DNA of 64,000 bases from Halarcobacter sp. GTDB taxonomy: Bacteria > Campylobacterota > Campylobacteria > Campylobacterales > Arcobacteraceae. Positions 39,106-49,947 of this stretch are shown piece by piece; within the stretch, counting starts at the first letter, position 1; the number at the start of each line of letters is the position of its first letter. The notes under the pieces are model-generated. The model saw nothing but the letters and a program-made list of their open reading frames with translations. It was not told the origin of the DNA and ran no database searches. The stretch is taken from positions 2,624,001 to 2,688,000 of the forward strand of contig OY781089.1 of NCBI GenBank assembly GCA_963676565.1, written 5' to 3'. The position numbers were made by a program, and so were the translations under genes.

Positions 39106-39207
39106 CTTTAAGCTAAATCATATCTTTTAGCTATATAATTAATGTAAATTATTCTATTGATTCAATTCAATATTAACAATAAATATCAATCTTAACAAGG
39201 AGTAAAA

Positions 39208-39861
39208 ATGAGACAGTATGAATCATATAAATGTAACAAGTGCGGTAATATAGTGGAAGTTCAAAATGTTGGTGGAGGTAAACTAACATGTTGTGACGAA
39301 GAGATGGAGATGATTACTGAAAATCTTACTGCTGTTAACCTAATGAAAGCATTTGCAGGTGAATCAATGGCAAGAAATAAGTATGAATACTATGCAAAAG
39401 TTGCCCAAAAAGAAGGCTACAGAGATATAGCTGAACACTTCCAAAGAGCCGCTAACAATGAAAAGAAACACGCTAATCTTGAACTTAAAGCTTATAATGA
39501 GATGATTAAAGGTAAAGAGTTAGGCGATACAGTTGAAAACTTAAAAGATGCAATTGCTGGTGAATCTTATGAGAATGTAACAATGTATCCAGATTTTGCA
39601 GCAATAGCAAAAGAAGAAGGAAGAGAACAACTTGCAAAAATGCTTGAGATGATTGGAAAAATTGAAATTGAGCATGAAAATATGTATAGATCACTTCTTG
39701 AAAGACTTCAAACTGGAAAAGAGTTTGAAAGTGACAATGAAGAGGAAGAATGGATTTGTGAAGTTTGTGGTCATGTTCACAGAGGTAAGAAAGCTCTTAA
39801 AATGTGTCCAGTATGTAAACACCCTCAAGAGTATCAATCAAGACTTAATAGTAAAAAATAA
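39208..39861 (+). CDS. Desulforubrerythrin (desulforedoxin-rubrerythrin-rubredoxin)
   Basis: YKCNKCGN...CC N-domain, AFAGES, ExxH pairs, WICEVCG...CPVC. Confidence 0.92.
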   Translation: MRQYESYKCNKCGNIVEVQNVGGGKLTCCDEEMEMITENLTAVNLMKAFAGESMARNKYEYYAKVAQKEGYRDIAEHFQRAANNEKKHANLELKAYNEMIKGKELGDTVENLKDAIAGESYENVTMYPDFAAIAKEEGREQLAKMLEMIGKIEIEHENMYRSLLERLQTGKEFESDNEEEEWICEVCGHVHRGKKALKMCPVCKHPQEYQSRLNSKK

Positions 39862-39875
39862 AACTTATTAAAAAG

Positions 39876-39900
39876 CAAGAGTAGAATTCATCTACTCTTG
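39876..39900 (+). terminator. Hairpin downstream of rubrerythrin
   Basis: caagagtaga-attca-tctactcttg. Confidence 0.65.
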
Positions 39901-39954
39901 TAAAAAAAACGATAAAATACAAAATTATAAGATATCAATAATTTTGGAGAACTT

Positions 39955-41496
39955 TTGCAAAAACTATTGCTAATAATACTTCTTGGCATATCTCTTTATG
40001 CAAAACAATTTACAGTTGCCTCATACAATGTTGAAAACCTCTTTGATTTAAATAAAAACAAAAGTGATTATAAAGAATATATTCCAAATACAAAAAGTAA
40101 TTGGAATAAAAAAACCTTTGAAATAAAACTAAACAACTTAGTAAAAGTCTTAAATGATTTAGATGCAGATATAATTGCCTTACAAGAGATAGAATCAAAA
40201 GAATTAATGAAACTTCTTTTAAAAAAAATACCAAAATATAAATACTACTCTTTTGACAAGTATAAAAACTCTTCAGTTGGACTTGGTTTTTTAAGTAAAA
40301 TTAAAATTGTTTCAAATGATAGTTTAAATATAAGATTTTCAAAAAAGATTTATAGACCAATCTTAGAAACAACCTTTGAGATTGAAAATATCCAATTCAA
40401 AATATTTAACAACCATTGGCCTTCAAAAAGAGTTGCTGAAAGCTATAGAATAAAATATGCAAAAAACCTATTTGATAGAGTTGCTAATCTTCCTAGAGAT
40501 TATGACTATATTTTATTAGGTGATTTTAATTCAAACTACAATGAATTTGAAACTATATATAAAGAACCAAAATTAAATAATGCAAATGGAATTACAGGAA
40601 TTAATCAAGTTCTAAATACAACTATTGAAAAAAGATTTGTAAGTCTTGATGATATTTTAAAAAAAGAGGAAAGAAGCCATTATAATCTTTGGCTTGATTT
40701 AGATTTCAATGAAAGATTTTCAAATAAATATAAAGGAAAAAATACTACTCCTGATAATATGATTCTCTCCCCTGCTCTATTTGATAATAAAAAAATTTCA
40801 TATTTACTAAATAGTTTTGATGTCTTTAAACCTGAATATTTATATAAAAATAAAAAAATCATACGATGGGAAATGAAAAACAAAGTTCATAAAGGAAAAG
40901 GTTTTTCAGATCACTTACCAATAATTGCAAAATTTTCCACTGAAAAAGTAGAAAGAAACCCTTTAAAAGAACAAAAAAATTTAGAGATAAATAAAATCTC
41001 TCAACTTTATGAAAAAGTAAAATTACAAGATTCGATTGAACTTAAAAATATAGTTGTGATTTATAAAAATGGCAACAACGCAATAATAAAACAAAAAGAT
41101 GATAGAGCAATTTATCTTTACAACAATGCAAAAGATTTATCAGAAGGTTTTTCTTATGATATAGAAGTTTCAAAAATTAAGGATTATTTCGGATTAAAAG
41201 AGATAATCGAATTTAAAATTAAAAAATATAGAGGAAAATATCCTAACTATAAATCTTTTTATTTAAATCAAGAAGAAACTGATATTTTTAATTTTAAAAA
41301 CCAAAATGAGATAATAAAAAACTTGAAAGGATATTACAAAAAAGGTTATTTATACCTTGATAAAGGTAAAATTAGAGTTTACACATTAAAAAAAGAAAAC
41401 TTGCCAAAAGAGAATAAAAATATTGTTATACCAAAAGCACACCTATCATATTATAAAAATCAATTCCAAATACTGTTACATGAGAAAATAGACTAA
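39955..41496 (+). CDS. Secreted endonuclease/exonuclease/phosphatase
   Basis: Signal peptide; SYNVENLFD, LQEIE, NHWPS, GDFN, SDHLP. Confidence 0.88.
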   Translation: MQKLLLIILLGISLYAKQFTVASYNVENLFDLNKNKSDYKEYIPNTKSNWNKKTFEIKLNNLVKVLNDLDADIIALQEIESKELMKLLLKKIPKYKYYSFDKYKNSSVGLGFLSKIKIVSNDSLNIRFSKKIYRPILETTFEIENIQFKIFNNHWPSKRVAESYRIKYAKNLFDRVANLPRDYDYILLGDFNSNYNEFETIYKEPKLNNANGITGINQVLNTTIEKRFVSLDDILKKEERSHYNLWLDLDFNERFSNKYKGKNTTPDNMILSPALFDNKKISYLLNSFDVFKPEYLYKNKKIIRWEMKNKVHKGKGFSDHLPIIAKFSTEKVERNPLKEQKNLEINKISQLYEKVKLQDSIELKNIVVIYKNGNNAIIKQKDDRAIYLYNNAKDLSEGFSYDIEVSKIKDYFGLKEIIEFKIKKYRGKYPNYKSFYLNQEETDIFNFKNQNEIIKNLKGYYKKGYLYLDKGKIRVYTLKKENLPKENKNIVIPKAHLSYYKNQFQILLHEKID

Positions 41497-42803
41497 TGTT
41501 AATCAAATCAATCTTTACCAACAGTAGTGGAATTTTAGTTTCAAGAATTTTAGGTTTTTTAAGGGACTTACTAACTGCTTCAATCTTAGGGGCAAATATC
41601 TACTCAGATATTTTCTTTGTAGCCTTTAAATTACCAAATCTATTTAGAAGAATTTTTGCGGAAGGGGCTTTCACACAAGCATTTATCCCCTCATATGCAA
41701 AGGCAAAACATAAGATTAGATTCTCTTCAATGATTTTTTTACAATTGATTGGATTTTTGATTGTTTTATCATTATTTGTAAGCCTATTTTCTTCACTTAT
41801 TACTAAAGCAATTGCTTTAGGATTTGATGCAGAAACTGTTGAACTAGCAGCCCCTTTAGTTGCTATAAACTTTTATTATCTACCTTTGATTTTTATAGTT
41901 ACTTTTATGGCTGCATTACTTCAATATAAACACCATTTTGCCACAACTGCATTTTCAACAGCCCTTTTAAATCTTGCGCTAATAGGTGCACTTTTAATCT
42001 CAAAAGGAATGGATAAATATGAAATAACCTATTACCTTTCTTATGGGGTTTTAGTAGGTGGATTACTTCAAGTTTTAGTTCATGTAATTGCCATAAAAAA
42101 CAAAAATCTTTGTAAAATTTTCACCTTTAGAAAACATAATAAAAAAGAGGAAAATAGATTTTATAAAAGCTTTTTTGGTGCAACATTAGGTAGCTCAACT
42201 GCTCATATTTCTGCTTTTTTAGATACTTGGTTAGCATCATTTTTAGTAACTGGCTCAATCTCCTATTTATATTATGCAAATAGAGTTTTTCAGCTTCCCT
42301 TAGCACTTTTTGCAATTGCAACTTCAGTTGCTCTGTTTCCTATGATAGCAAGGGCTATAAAAAATAAAGATGAAAACAAAGCTTTACATCTAATGAGAAA
42401 GTCATCACTTATATTAACTGCCTTATTATCAATTGCTACACTAATAGGAATTGTTTTAAATGATGAAATAATATGGCTTTTGTTTGAAAGGGGTGCCTTT
42501 GGTGAAAATGACACTTCAAATACTGCTTTAATTTTAACAATGTATTTAATTGGTTTAATACCATATGGACTAGCTAAAATATTTTCACTTTGGCTTTATG
42601 CTCACGAAAAACAATTTTTAGCTGCTAAAATATCAATGAAAGCCTTGGGAGCTAACATTGTATTTTCATTAATACTTATTGTTCCTTACGAAGCTGCAGG
42701 TCTTGCATTTGCGAGTACTTTAAGTGGTTTTATTTTATTAATCTTAACTTTAAAAGAGTTTGGTATGGGAAATTTTAAAACTCTGTATTTTAGTAAAGAT
42801 TAG
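41496..42803 (+). CDS. murJ: Lipid II flippase MurJ
   Basis: SRILGFLRD, PNLFRRIFAEGAF, YYANRVFQLP. Confidence 0.95.
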   Translation: MLIKSIFTNSSGILVSRILGFLRDLLTASILGANIYSDIFFVAFKLPNLFRRIFAEGAFTQAFIPSYAKAKHKIRFSSMIFLQLIGFLIVLSLFVSLFSSLITKAIALGFDAETVELAAPLVAINFYYLPLIFIVTFMAALLQYKHHFATTAFSTALLNLALIGALLISKGMDKYEITYYLSYGVLVGGLLQVLVHVIAIKNKNLCKIFTFRKHNKKEENRFYKSFFGATLGSSTAHISAFLDTWLASFLVTGSISYLYYANRVFQLPLALFAIATSVALFPMIARAIKNKDENKALHLMRKSSLILTALLSIATLIGIVLNDEIIWLLFERGAFGENDTSNTALILTMYLIGLIPYGLAKIFSLWLYAHEKQFLAAKISMKALGANIVFSLILIVPYEAAGLAFASTLSGFILLILTLKEFGMGNFKTLYFSKD

Positions 42804-42840
42804 ATATAATATTGCCTTTTTAAAATAAACTAGGACTAAT

Positions 42841-44547
42841 ATGAGAGATTTTTTTAAACAATATGTACCCTATTATAAAAACTATATAAATAGATTTATT
42901 TATGCCTTTATTGGTATGGCATTAGCTGCTGTTGGAACATCAGGAACAGCTTATGCAGTTAAACCTTTACTAGATGATATCTTTGTAAATAAAGATTTAG
43001 AGATGTTAAAAATACTTCCAATAGCAATTATTATTTTATATTTTGGAAAAGCAGCAGGAACTTATATACAAGCAATAAACATGGCTTTTATTGGTCAAGA
43101 TATTGTAAGACTTGTTAGAGATAAATTATTAGGTCATATTCTAAAATTAGATGTTGACTTTTTTTACAAAAAAAATAATGGTGAATTAATCTCTAGAATT
43201 ACAAACGATATAAATAGAATTCAAGCAGCTGTTTCTCAAAAAATAGGTGAATTTATTAGGGAATTTTTAACTGTAATTGGTTTAGTTGTAGTTGTAATTT
43301 ATCAAAGCCCTGAACTTGCATTTTATGGACTTATTGTTATGCCACTTTCAATGTGGCCATTATCTATCTTAGCTAAAAAGATGAAAAAACTTTCGTTTAG
43401 ATCACAAGAATCAATTTCAGATATTACTACACACCTAAGTGAAATATTTAACAATATTGAGATTATCAAAGCTAATACATCTGAAAAATTTGAACTAAAA
43501 AAATTCTCTGACTTTAATATGAATTTTTTTAAAATCAACCTAAAAACTGTAAAAACAAATGAGTTAGTAAATCCACTTATGGAAACAGTTGGGGCAATTG
43601 CTTTTTCCCTTGTAATTGTAATTGGAGGGAAACAAGTAATTGATGGAGAGTTAACTGTTGGTGCCTTTTTCTCATTTTTAACAGCCCTATTTTTACTTTA
43701 TCCACCAATTAAAAGATTATCTTCAATCTTTAACTTTATGCAAGATGCAATTGCAGCAAATGAAAGAATAAATCAACTACTTGATTTAAGAGCGACTATT
43801 CTTTCAGGTAAAAATAATTTCCCTGAAAATATTCAAAAAATAGAATTTAAAAATGTTACATTAAGATATGATGAAAAAGTTGCTTTGAAAAATATAAATC
43901 TTGAAGCTAAACTTGGACAGAAAGTTGCCTTAGTTGGGGATAGTGGTGGAGGAAAAAGTTCCTTAGTTAACTTAATTGCAAGATTTTATGATGCAAGTAG
44001 TGGTGAGATTAATATAGACTCATTAAACATCAAAGATTTAGATATTAAACAACTAAAAGAGAATATTGCAATTGTTACCCAACGGGTATATATTTTTAGT
44101 GATTCTATTGCAAAAAATGTAGCATATGGAAAAGAAGTTGATGAACAAAGGGTTATAGAAAGTTTAAAACAAGCCCATGCTTATGATTTTGTATCTAAAC
44201 TACCTGAAGGGATAAACACTGACCTTGATGAATTTGGTACAAATTTAAGTGGTGGTCAAAGACAAAGAATTGCAATTGCAAGAGCTTTATATAAAAACCC
44301 AAAAATACTTATTTTAGATGAAGCAACATCAGCATTAGATAATAAAAGTGAATCAGTTATCTCAGATATAATTGATGAGATTTCAAAAGATAAAATCATA
44401 TTTATCATTGCACATAGACTTTCAACAATTAGAACAGCTGATAAAATAGCTGTATTTAAAGAAGGTGAAATCATTGCTCAAGATACCGAAGAGAACCTTT
44501 TACTAAATTGTGATGAATATAAAAGATTAAAAACTTTATCTAACTAA
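42841..44547 (+). CDS. msbA: ABC exporter, MsbA-like
   Basis: TMD+NBD; GDSGGGKSS, LSGGQRQR, DEATSALD. Confidence 0.8.
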   Translation: MRDFFKQYVPYYKNYINRFIYAFIGMALAAVGTSGTAYAVKPLLDDIFVNKDLEMLKILPIAIIILYFGKAAGTYIQAINMAFIGQDIVRLVRDKLLGHILKLDVDFFYKKNNGELISRITNDINRIQAAVSQKIGEFIREFLTVIGLVVVVIYQSPELAFYGLIVMPLSMWPLSILAKKMKKLSFRSQESISDITTHLSEIFNNIEIIKANTSEKFELKKFSDFNMNFFKINLKTVKTNELVNPLMETVGAIAFSLVIVIGGKQVIDGELTVGAFFSFLTALFLLYPPIKRLSSIFNFMQDAIAANERINQLLDLRATILSGKNNFPENIQKIEFKNVTLRYDEKVALKNINLEAKLGQKVALVGDSGGGKSSLVNLIARFYDASSGEINIDSLNIKDLDIKQLKENIAIVTQRVYIFSDSIAKNVAYGKEVDEQRVIESLKQAHAYDFVSKLPEGINTDLDEFGTNLSGGQRQRIAIARALYKNPKILILDEATSALDNKSESVISDIIDEISKDKIIFIIAHRLSTIRTADKIAVFKEGEIIAQDTEENLLLNCDEYKRLKTLSN

Positions 44548-44552
44548 GGATT

Positions 44553-45239
44553 TTGATGTCACAAAAAAACAAATGGAATATCAATAACCCTAAAGAAAGA
44601 CGTGAAGCATGGATGCATGCTTTATTTTATAAAGATCACAATTTTATAAACTATTTTAGAGATAATTTATATCAAATAGCTCCTGGAGTTTACAGAGGAG
44701 CCCAGCCAACTATGGGGCAACTAAAAAAATTAAGAGATAAGTTTGGTATTAAAACAATTGTAAATTTAAAAAATGAAAATAGAGATAGTGCTTATTTTTT
44801 ATTTGAAGAAGAACGATGTAAAGAGCTTGGTTTAAAACTTGTAAATGTACGAATAAGTTCAAGAAGTGTACCAAATACTGATCAATTAATAGAATATAAA
44901 AGAGTATTAGAAGAAGAGATTGAAAAACCTGTATTAATCCACTGTAAAGCTGGAGCTGATAGAACTAGTCATTTTTGTACACTATATCAATATTTCATTG
45001 AAAAAAGAAAAATGAAAAATACAGATCAACTAAGATTCTTTCCATATGGATATATGAAAAGCTCAGGTGCTGGAATTTTAAAATGTTACTATGACTTATT
45101 TAGTGACTACGAAGAAAAAAATCCAGATGCTAATTTAATTGAATGGTCAAAAAGAATTGATCCTCAAAAATTTAGAGCAGAATTTAAAGCAAATAAGCTT
45201 GCAAACTTCCTATATGATAATGTCTTAAGAAGAGAATAA
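44553..45239 (+). CDS. Cys-based (PTP/dual-specificity) phosphatase
   Basis: VYRGAQP, IKTIVNL, HCKAGADRT. Confidence 0.88.
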   Translation: MMSQKNKWNINNPKERREAWMHALFYKDHNFINYFRDNLYQIAPGVYRGAQPTMGQLKKLRDKFGIKTIVNLKNENRDSAYFLFEEERCKELGLKLVNVRISSRSVPNTDQLIEYKRVLEEEIEKPVLIHCKAGADRTSHFCTLYQYFIEKRKMKNTDQLRFFPYGYMKSSGAGILKCYYDLFSDYEEKNPDANLIEWSKRIDPQKFRAEFKANKLANFLYDNVLRRE

Positions 45240-45294
45240 CCACTTCTTTACAATTATTTAGATAAAATGTTGAAATTTTTAAAAAAGGATAAGT

Positions 45295-46353
45295 GTGTTT
45301 AACTACCAAAACTTAAAAAAAATACTTTTTTTATTTAATCCAGAAACTGCACACGGTATTGCTGAGTTAGGATTAAGAATCCTACCAAATTGTAGAATAA
45401 TTAATAATTACATGGTTAAAAGAAACTTTGTAATGGATCATAGACTAACTCAAAATATTTTAGGAATAAATTTTCCAAACCCTGTAGGACTTGCTGCTGG
45501 TTATGATAAAAATGCTACTATGATTAAAGCGATGCCAGCATTAGGATTTGGATGTACAGAAATTGGAACAATGACTCCAAAAGCACAACCTGGGAATGCT
45601 AAACCAAGATTATTTAGATATCCTGAAATAAAGTCTGTACAAAATGCTATGGGATTTAATAATGAGGGTTCGGCAAAGGTATTAAGCAATCTAAAAAAAG
45701 TTTATCCTTTTTCAATTCCAGTTGGTGCAAATATTGGTAAAAATAAAACAACACCAGAAGAGTTTGCTTTACAAGATTATAAAACTTTAATTAGAAAGTT
45801 TAAGGATACAAGTGATTATTTAGTTATAAATATATCTAGTCCTAATACACCAAATTTAAGAGATTTACAAAATGAAAAGTTTATTACTGAACTTTTTACT
45901 ATGGCTAAAGATTTAACTTCAAAACCAATTTTCTTGAAAATTGCTCCTGATATGGAGATTGAAGCAGCTATAAATCTTTGTAAGACAGCTATAGATTCAG
46001 GTGCTGCAGGGATTATTGCAACAAACACAACAATTGATTATTCACTAGTTCCAAATGCACAAGATTTTGGTGGCTTAAGTGGTGCATGCTTAACTCAAAA
46101 ATCATGTGAATTTTTTAAAGAGATTGCTAAAGAACTTTTTGGTAAAACAATTTTAGTTTCAGTTGGTGGTATCTATACAGCTGAAGAGACATACAAAAGA
46201 CTAAAAGCTGGTGCATCCCTAGTTCAAGTTTATACTGGGATGATATTTGAAGGTCCTTCTATGGTTAAAAATATCAATGAAGGTCTTTTAGAACTTATGC
46301 AAAGAGATGGATTTAAAAACATTTCTGAAGTTATAGGTTCAGATTTAAAATAA
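45295..46353 (+). CDS. pyrD: Dihydroorotate dehydrogenase (quinone)
   Basis: GLAAGYDKN, NAMGFNN, NISSPNTP, KIAPD, GGLSG. Confidence 0.96.
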   Translation: MFNYQNLKKILFLFNPETAHGIAELGLRILPNCRIINNYMVKRNFVMDHRLTQNILGINFPNPVGLAAGYDKNATMIKAMPALGFGCTEIGTMTPKAQPGNAKPRLFRYPEIKSVQNAMGFNNEGSAKVLSNLKKVYPFSIPVGANIGKNKTTPEEFALQDYKTLIRKFKDTSDYLVINISSPNTPNLRDLQNEKFITELFTMAKDLTSKPIFLKIAPDMEIEAAINLCKTAIDSGAAGIIATNTTIDYSLVPNAQDFGGLSGACLTQKSCEFFKEIAKELFGKTILVSVGGIYTAEETYKRLKAGASLVQVYTGMIFEGPSMVKNINEGLLELMQRDGFKNISEVIGSDLK

Positions 46354-46373
46354 ATTTTAAATAAGGAACATTC

Positions 46374-47687
46374 ATGAAAAAAAATCTACTTTTAATTATG
46401 TTCTTTTTATTATTCTTAGGAGAATCGATGGGTCAAAGTTTACCTAAATTTTATACTAAAACATTAAATAATGGTTTACAAATTGTTGCCATTCCAATGG
46501 ACAATGGTTCAAATGTAGTTTCTACAAATATTTTTTATAATGTTGGTAGTAGAAATGAAATCATGGGTAAATCTGGTATTGCGCATATGCTTGAGCATTT
46601 AAATTTTAAATCAACAAAAAATTTAGATGCGGGAGAATTTGATGAGATTGTAAAAGGATTTGGTGGAGTTAATAATGCCTCAACATCTTTTGACTATACA
46701 AAATACTTCATAAAATCTAGTTCAAAAAACATGGACAAATCTTTAGAGTTATTTGCAGAATTAATGCAAAATCTTACTTTAAAAGATGAAGAGTTCCAAC
46801 CTGAACGTGATGTTGTAACAGAAGAAAGAAGATGGCGAACAGATAATAACCCAATGGGATATTTACAATATAGATTATTCAATAATGCATATTTATATCA
46901 TCCATATCACTGGACTCCTATTGGATTTATGAATGATATTAGAAATTGGACAATTGAAGATATAAGAGATTTCCATTCTACATATTATCAGCCAAAAAAT
47001 GCTGTAGTTGTAGTTGCAGGAGATATCTCAAAAGAGGACGTTTTTTCTTCTACTGAAAAGTATTTTAAAGATATTAAAAATGAAAAAGAACTTCCTGGGA
47101 AAATCCATACAGTTGAACCAAAGCAAGATGGTGAAAAAGAGATAACTGTTTATAAAGATTCTCAAGTTGAGATGCTAGCAATAGCATACCATATTCCAAA
47201 TTATGAGCATGAGGATCAAGTTGCACTATCTGCATTAAGTGAGTTACTAAGTTCAGGTAAGAGTTCGATTCTACATAAAGTACTTGTAGATGAGAAAAGA
47301 ATGGTAAACTCAGTATATGCTTATAATCTTGAACTTACAGATCCAGGACTATTTATGTTCATGGCTGTTTGTAATGAAGGGGTAAAAGCAAAGGATGTTA
47401 AAAAAGAGATTAACAAAATAATAAAAGATATCAAAGATGGAAAGATTGATAAAAAAGAGATAAACAAAATCAAGATTAATACAAAAGCTGATTTTATCTT
47501 CTCATTGGAAAGTTCAAGTTCTGTAGCATCTTTATATGGAAGCTATTTTGTTAGAGGAAATACAAAACCTTTATTTGATTATGAAAAAAATATTGAAAAG
47601 TTAAAAAAAGGTGATATTGTAAAAGTTGCTAAAAAATATTTAGCAAAAGAAAATTCAACAACATTAATTTTAAAAAACAATAAATAA
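46374..47687 (+). CDS. M16-family zinc peptidase
   Basis: HMLEH inverted zincin motif, NASTSFDYT; alternative start at 46428. Confidence 0.92.
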   Translation: MKKNLLLIMFFLLFLGESMGQSLPKFYTKTLNNGLQIVAIPMDNGSNVVSTNIFYNVGSRNEIMGKSGIAHMLEHLNFKSTKNLDAGEFDEIVKGFGGVNNASTSFDYTKYFIKSSSKNMDKSLELFAELMQNLTLKDEEFQPERDVVTEERRWRTDNNPMGYLQYRLFNNAYLYHPYHWTPIGFMNDIRNWTIEDIRDFHSTYYQPKNAVVVVAGDISKEDVFSSTEKYFKDIKNEKELPGKIHTVEPKQDGEKEITVYKDSQVEMLAIAYHIPNYEHEDQVALSALSELLSSGKSSILHKVLVDEKRMVNSVYAYNLELTDPGLFMFMAVCNEGVKAKDVKKEINKIIKDIKDGKIDKKEINKIKINTKADFIFSLESSSSVASLYGSYFVRGNTKPLFDYEKNIEKLKKGDIVKVAKKYLAKENSTTLILKNNK

Positions 47688-47729
47688 TAAATTTAAAAAA
47701 GTAAAAGTTTGAAAGGGAGAAGATAGTAT

Positions 47730-48617
47730 ATGAATATTATTACCGGTGCAATGACTGCACTAATTACACCATTTAAAGATGGGAAACTTGATTTAGAAAA
47801 ATATGAATCATTAATCAAAAGACAAATTGAACAAGGTATTGATGTAGTTGTTCCAGTTGGAACTACAGGGGAGAGTGCAACTTTATCTCATAGTGAACAT
47901 AAACAATGTATTGAAGTTGCAGTAGCAACTTGTAAAAATACTAATACAAAAGTTATTGCTGGAGCTGGTTCTAATGCTACACATGAAGCATGTGATATAG
48001 CAAAACATGCCCAAGGAGTTGGGGCAGATGGGATATTATCTGTAACTCCATATTACAATAAGCCAACTCAAGAAGGATTATATCAGCACTATAAAGCTAT
48101 TGCTCAATCTGTTGATATCCCATTTATGATGTATAACGTTCCAGGAAGAACTGGGGTTGCTATTGATACAGAAACAATAATTAAGTTATATGATGATGTA
48201 GAAAATATCTATGCAATTAAAGAAGCAAGTGGAGATATTAACAAAATCGTTGAGATTCAAAGTCTTAGAAAAGATTTAGTTTTAATTTCAGGAGAAGATG
48301 CGATAGACTTCCCTATTTTAGCAAGTGGAGGGAAAGGTATTATCTCTGTAACAGCTAACTTACTTCCTAATCTAAAATCAAAACTAGTTCATGATATTGA
48401 AAAAGGTGATTACCAGAGCGCTAAAAAAATAAATGAAGATTTATTTGAGTTAAATAGAGTACTATTCTGTGAAAGTAACCCTATTCCAATTAAAGCTGCT
48501 ATGTATTTATCTGGATTACTAGACACTTTAGAGTTTAGATTACCATTAACTGCTCCAAGTGCAGAAACTATGAAAAAACTTGAAGAAACTTTAAAAAATT
48601 ATGAGGTAATAAAATAA
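47730..48617 (+). CDS. dapA: 4-hydroxy-tetrahydrodipicolinate synthase
   Basis: GTTGES, YNVPGRT, IKEASG, NPIPIK. Confidence 0.97.
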   Translation: MNIITGAMTALITPFKDGKLDLEKYESLIKRQIEQGIDVVVPVGTTGESATLSHSEHKQCIEVAVATCKNTNTKVIAGAGSNATHEACDIAKHAQGVGADGILSVTPYYNKPTQEGLYQHYKAIAQSVDIPFMMYNVPGRTGVAIDTETIIKLYDDVENIYAIKEASGDINKIVEIQSLRKDLVLISGEDAIDFPILASGGKGIISVTANLLPNLKSKLVHDIEKGDYQSAKKINEDLFELNRVLFCESNPIPIKAAMYLSGLLDTLEFRLPLTAPSAETMKKLEETLKNYEVIK

Positions 48618-49396
48618 TGAGTAACGAAATGAAGGGGAAGACACTAGTAATTACTGGTGGAACAAAAGGTATTGGTAAAGAGTGTGTTTATAAATTTGCT
48701 TCAAATGGAGTAAATGTGGCATTTACTTATAACTCAAATGCGCAAATTGCAGAAGATATTTGTAAAGATGTTGAAGAGAAATTTGGTGTAAAATGTAAAT
48801 GTTATCCATACAATATCTTAGAGCCAGAAACTGCAAAAGAGCTATTTTTAGAAATCGACAAAGATTTTGATAGAATCGACTTCTTTATTTCGAATGCTAT
48901 GATTTATGGAAGAGCTGTAGTTGGTGGATATGGTAAATTCATGAAGTTAAAACCAAGAGGATTAAACAATATCTATACTGCAACAGTTAATGCCTTTGTT
49001 TGTGGTGCACAACAAGCTGCTAAAAGAATGGAAAAAGTTGGAGGTGGTTCAATTGTATCACTTTCTTCAACTGGTAATTTAGTTTATATTGAAAACTATT
49101 CAGGACATGGTACAAATAAAGCTGCTGTAGAAGCTATGGTTAGATATGCTGCTACTGAATTAGGTTCTATGGGAATTAGAGTAAATGCAGTTTCAGGTGG
49201 TCCTATTGATACTGATGCATTAAAAGCATTTACAAACTATGAAGAAGTGAAACAAAAAACTGCTGAATATTCTCCATTAAACAGAATTGGACAACCAGAA
49301 GATTTAGCACAATCTTGTTATTTCTTATGTACCAAAGATGCTTCATGGATCACTGGACATACATTAATTGTTGATGGTGGGACTACTTTTAAATAA
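48617..49396 (+). CDS. SDR family enoyl-ACP reductase (FabL-like)
   Basis: TGGTKGIG, Y(x6)K (YSGHGTNK), VSGGPIDTDAL. Confidence 0.8.
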   Translation: MSNEMKGKTLVITGGTKGIGKECVYKFASNGVNVAFTYNSNAQIAEDICKDVEEKFGVKCKCYPYNILEPETAKELFLEIDKDFDRIDFFISNAMIYGRAVVGGYGKFMKLKPRGLNNIYTATVNAFVCGAQQAAKRMEKVGGGSIVSLSSTGNLVYIENYSGHGTNKAAVEAMVRYAATELGSMGIRVNAVSGGPIDTDALKAFTNYEEVKQKTAEYSPLNRIGQPEDLAQSCYFLCTKDASWITGHTLIVDGGTTFK

Positions 49397-49938
49397 TGAC
49401 TAAATCATTAAACCTTCCAAATGCACTTGCCCTTTTTAGAATAGCATTAGCTCCGCTAATGCTATGGTTTTTAGTTGATAGAGATTCTGCAATTTTTGCA
49501 AACTTTCACCCATCATGGCTTGATTATTTTGCTGGACTTATTTTTGTTATTGCTTCTGTTACTGACTTTTTTGATGGATACATAGCAAGAGCATGGAATC
49601 AAATGACAAAATTAGGTGGGATATTAGACCCACTTGCAGATAAAATGTTAATGCTTGCAGGCTTTTTAGGTCTAATGGTGATTGATAGGGCAAGTGCTTG
49701 GGCTGTATTCTTAATACTTTCAAGGGAATTCTTTATTACAGGTCTTAGAGTTGTTGCGGTTGCAGAGGGGAAGAGTGTAGCTTCAACAATGGCAGGAAAA
49801 GTAAAAACTGTGGTACAGATGATTGCAATTGGTTTTCTAATAATGAATTGGCCATTTGCCACTGAACTTTTATGGCTAGCTGTGGTTTTAACAATCTACT
49901 CTGGATATGAATATACAAGAGATTATTTTAAGATATAA
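49396..49938 (+). CDS. pgsA: CDP-diacylglycerol--glycerol-3-phosphate 3-phosphatidyltransferase
   Basis: TDFFDGYIAR...G..LDPLADK. Confidence 0.95.
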   Translation: MTKSLNLPNALALFRIALAPLMLWFLVDRDSAIFANFHPSWLDYFAGLIFVIASVTDFFDGYIARAWNQMTKLGGILDPLADKMLMLAGFLGLMVIDRASAWAVFLILSREFFITGLRVVAVAEGKSVASTMAGKVKTVVQMIAIGFLIMNWPFATELLWLAVVLTIYSGYEYTRDYFKI

Positions 49939-49947
49939 AGGTATATT

